Positions 61,889-64,000 of a stretch of 64,000 bases of DNA are shown piece by piece. A program made the position numbers and the translations under genes. The notes under the pieces were generated by a model, which was given only the letters and a program-made list of their open reading frames with translations, ran no database searches and was not told the DNA's origin. Position 1 is the stretch's first letter. Every line of letters starts with the position of its first letter. The DNA comes from Squalus acanthias (lineage: Eukaryota), in assembly GCA_030390025.1 (NCBI GenBank), contig CM059429.1, forward strand, positions 114,266,001 through 114,330,000, in the 5' to 3' direction.

Positions 61889-62052
61889 CCACCGACGCTC
61901 TCACCAATTCCTCATGTTCCTCGAAGTTCGTTTGGCTTTCCAAGCTCTCCATTGCGTGTGCCAGGTGGGAACAACATTTACGTGTCTCCGCTGAAGAGTC
62001 CGTACAAAACTGACGGACTACTGTCCCCCACGAAAATGACCCCAAGAACACG
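61889..62052 (+). CDS. RB1: RB1 exon 23 equivalent (164 nt)
   Basis: aaacag|CCA...ACA CG|gtgagc; [55 protein letters not shown]. Confidence 0.97.
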
Positions 62053-62689
62053 GTGAGCATATTCTGAACTTTCAAGTCATAGGACATGAGCCGCAGCTTG
62101 TACTGTGTCTGCGTTTCTGATACTGAGATCAAATGCAGCCCAAAAGGTAATGTTACTGCTGCCTTATGAAAGGTGCATTGCCTTTACCGATAGTGTCTGG
62201 CCTTTCTCTCTATGTGCTATTTTATCATGATAAGTAAACATGCAAGTAAGGCAGTGACTCATTCAAATGATGTTCATATTGCATTATGGGTTTTAAAATG
62301 AGCACAAATGGTTTGTCCACCACTTTTTCTTTAAGGTAGAATGCCTCTAATAATGTTTTACTTAATATTTAAAGATTAGCAAATGAAGAACCTGGGGCAA
62401 TCGACTGAGAAATGTTCTGAAAAGTACCAGGGGACAATTATCGGACAGACTGAGGAATATAACTACAGATAGACACCAGCCATTCTTATTTTTCTTGTTG
62501 CAGAAGCCTTTTAAACCCCCTCACTAGTTTTTTTTTTACACAGGTGACATTAAACAAACAGGTATCCCTCCTTTATGTGATTTTATTGATAAAAACAATT
62601 GACAGAAATGGGCTATAAAATAGCTAAATTATTTCCGTTATCAGTGAACACAATTAATTTTTTGAATTGGCTCAATATAAAATGTCCTA

Positions 62690-63080
62690 TTTTTCTATGT
62701 CCTCTCTATCATATCTGTATTTTATACCCTCTGTTGACATTCTCTATTTGATATGCCCTCTATGGTATCTAGATGTTTAGAAATACTCGATATATACTGT
62801 ATATTTTTATATACCATCTTATAGATACACTATATGTATTTTTACGTACTTTATTTCAGTATTTTTATACCCTCTGTATAATATCTATAATTATAATAGA
62901 ATTATAGATATTATATAGAGAACATAGAATGTTATATAGTTGCTTTACATTCTATCTGTATTTGTATGCCTTCTATATATTATCTATATCTTTATGCCTT
63001 CTGTATACTATCTTTATTTTTATATATTCTCTTTATATACTATCTATAATTTCATGCCCCCTATATATTATCTGCACTTT
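62690..63080. repeat. AT-rich degenerate minisatellite (~29-bp unit)
   Basis: Repeated TATGCCYTCTRTATAYTATCTATATYTTT-like units. Confidence 0.65.
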
Positions 63081-63114
63081 TTCATAACTGATAAACCTTT
63101 ATTTGCTTTCACAG

Positions 63115-63145
63115 GATCTTGGTGTCTATTGGTGAACCATTTGGG
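63115..63145 (+). CDS. RB1: RB1 exon 24 equivalent (31 nt)
   Basis: tcacag|G ATC TTG GTG TCT ATT GGT GAA CCA TTT GGG|gtgagt = (R)ILVSIGEPFG; human ILVSIGESFG. Confidence 0.95.
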
Positions 63146-63991
63146 GTGAGTGGTACTTTTTCCAAATCAATTTTGTGTGCAGAACTCTTGATTAAAGCTT
63201 CTTAAATATTTTGTGCTATATTGTGTCCAAACTAATTTCTTAAAATGTAAAATATCTGTGGAATGCCTTTAAATGCCTAGAACTCTCTGCATATCAAAAC
63301 TAATAGGCACTTACCATAGAATTATTTGATTACTCAATTCACACAGTTAGCTGATGTAATGACCTTTTCTGTACCCCTGGCAATTATGATTTGATAGTCA
63401 TTTCAGTAAAGATGTTAACACAAGATTTTCTAGTCAGACATCCAGTGCATTAATGACTCAGCATACGTCTAGCAATATTGGAATCCCATTCTGCAGGCCT
63501 AGGTTTGAATCCCAAGTCAACAAACATAAAAGCGCAGCAATGTCCAATCGTGATTTGACACTTTCTATTTTAGCTCATGACAATCAGGCAGTATAACTGG
63601 AATTCTAGTGGCAGTAATCCATTCCTTGCACAAGTCTCAGTAAATGTCACTACAAGGCTCTTCAGCTCCCCAATGGCTGAGTGGTAATGGGAGTGTGTAA
63701 CACACATAAATAAAGCTGATCCTATCCAGTATAACCAGGAACGTGCTACTAAATTACCCTTGTGTATCCCATCTAAACGCAGTTTACAGTACTAGGTCTA
63801 GGTGTACAACTATGGGTTATGATGGCGGACATGGAGAATTGGTTAGGGAATCTTTCCTTGGCTGAAGGAAAACTCTGTAAATTGAGAAAAGAAGCAAAGT
63901 AGTAATATTGTGTAAAAAGGGGAAAATGTACAATCTTTTCCCCCCCAAGCTGGATCATGATCTGCCACTACACTGATGGTTATTGTTTCAG

Positions 63992-64000
63992 ACACCAGAA
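63992..64000 (+). CDS. RB1: RB1 exon 25 equivalent, first 9 nt (runs off the window)
   Basis: ctgat...ttattgtttcag|ACA CCA GAA = TPE, phase 0 as required; human exon 25 starts TSEK. Confidence 0.65.

Noticed and set aside
1-64000. Prokaryotic-type systems, rRNA, snoRNA or endogenous virus genes
   Set aside because: None recognised; all long ORFs are explained by RB1 exons or transposable-element relics.

Overview
Vertebrate genomic DNA, most likely from a cartilaginous fish: the repeats look like shark CR1 LINEs, HE1/V-SINE, Deu-domain SINE and Penelope-like elements. The only host gene supported is RB1 (retinoblastoma protein) on the + strand. Exons equivalent to human 18-24 and the first 9 nt of exon 25 lie at 46524-64000, with GT/AG sites and matching phases. 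Bases 1-46523 are therefore the 3' part of the large intron 17, which in human hosts antisense LPAR6; no GPCR ORF is present in this window. The introns are full of mobile-element relics: several CR1 families (one near full length), a poly(A)-tailed CR1-group LINE with its partner SINE, L2, an old L1/Tx1, Penelope-like pieces, Harbinger- and Tigger-like MITEs and several SINE families, often nested. The most notable points are Penelope-derived fold-back inserts carrying minimal hammerhead ribozyme motifs (one intact, sense to RB1, with a 15-bp TSD), an altered set of S/T-P sites in the RB1 C-terminus, an LF-SINE-like copy and a candidate antisense first exon/enhancer in intron 17. No prokaryotic system or CRISPR array was found. 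Family names come from remembered consensus sequences, not database searches. Repeat boundaries are approximate unless a TSD or TIR is given.
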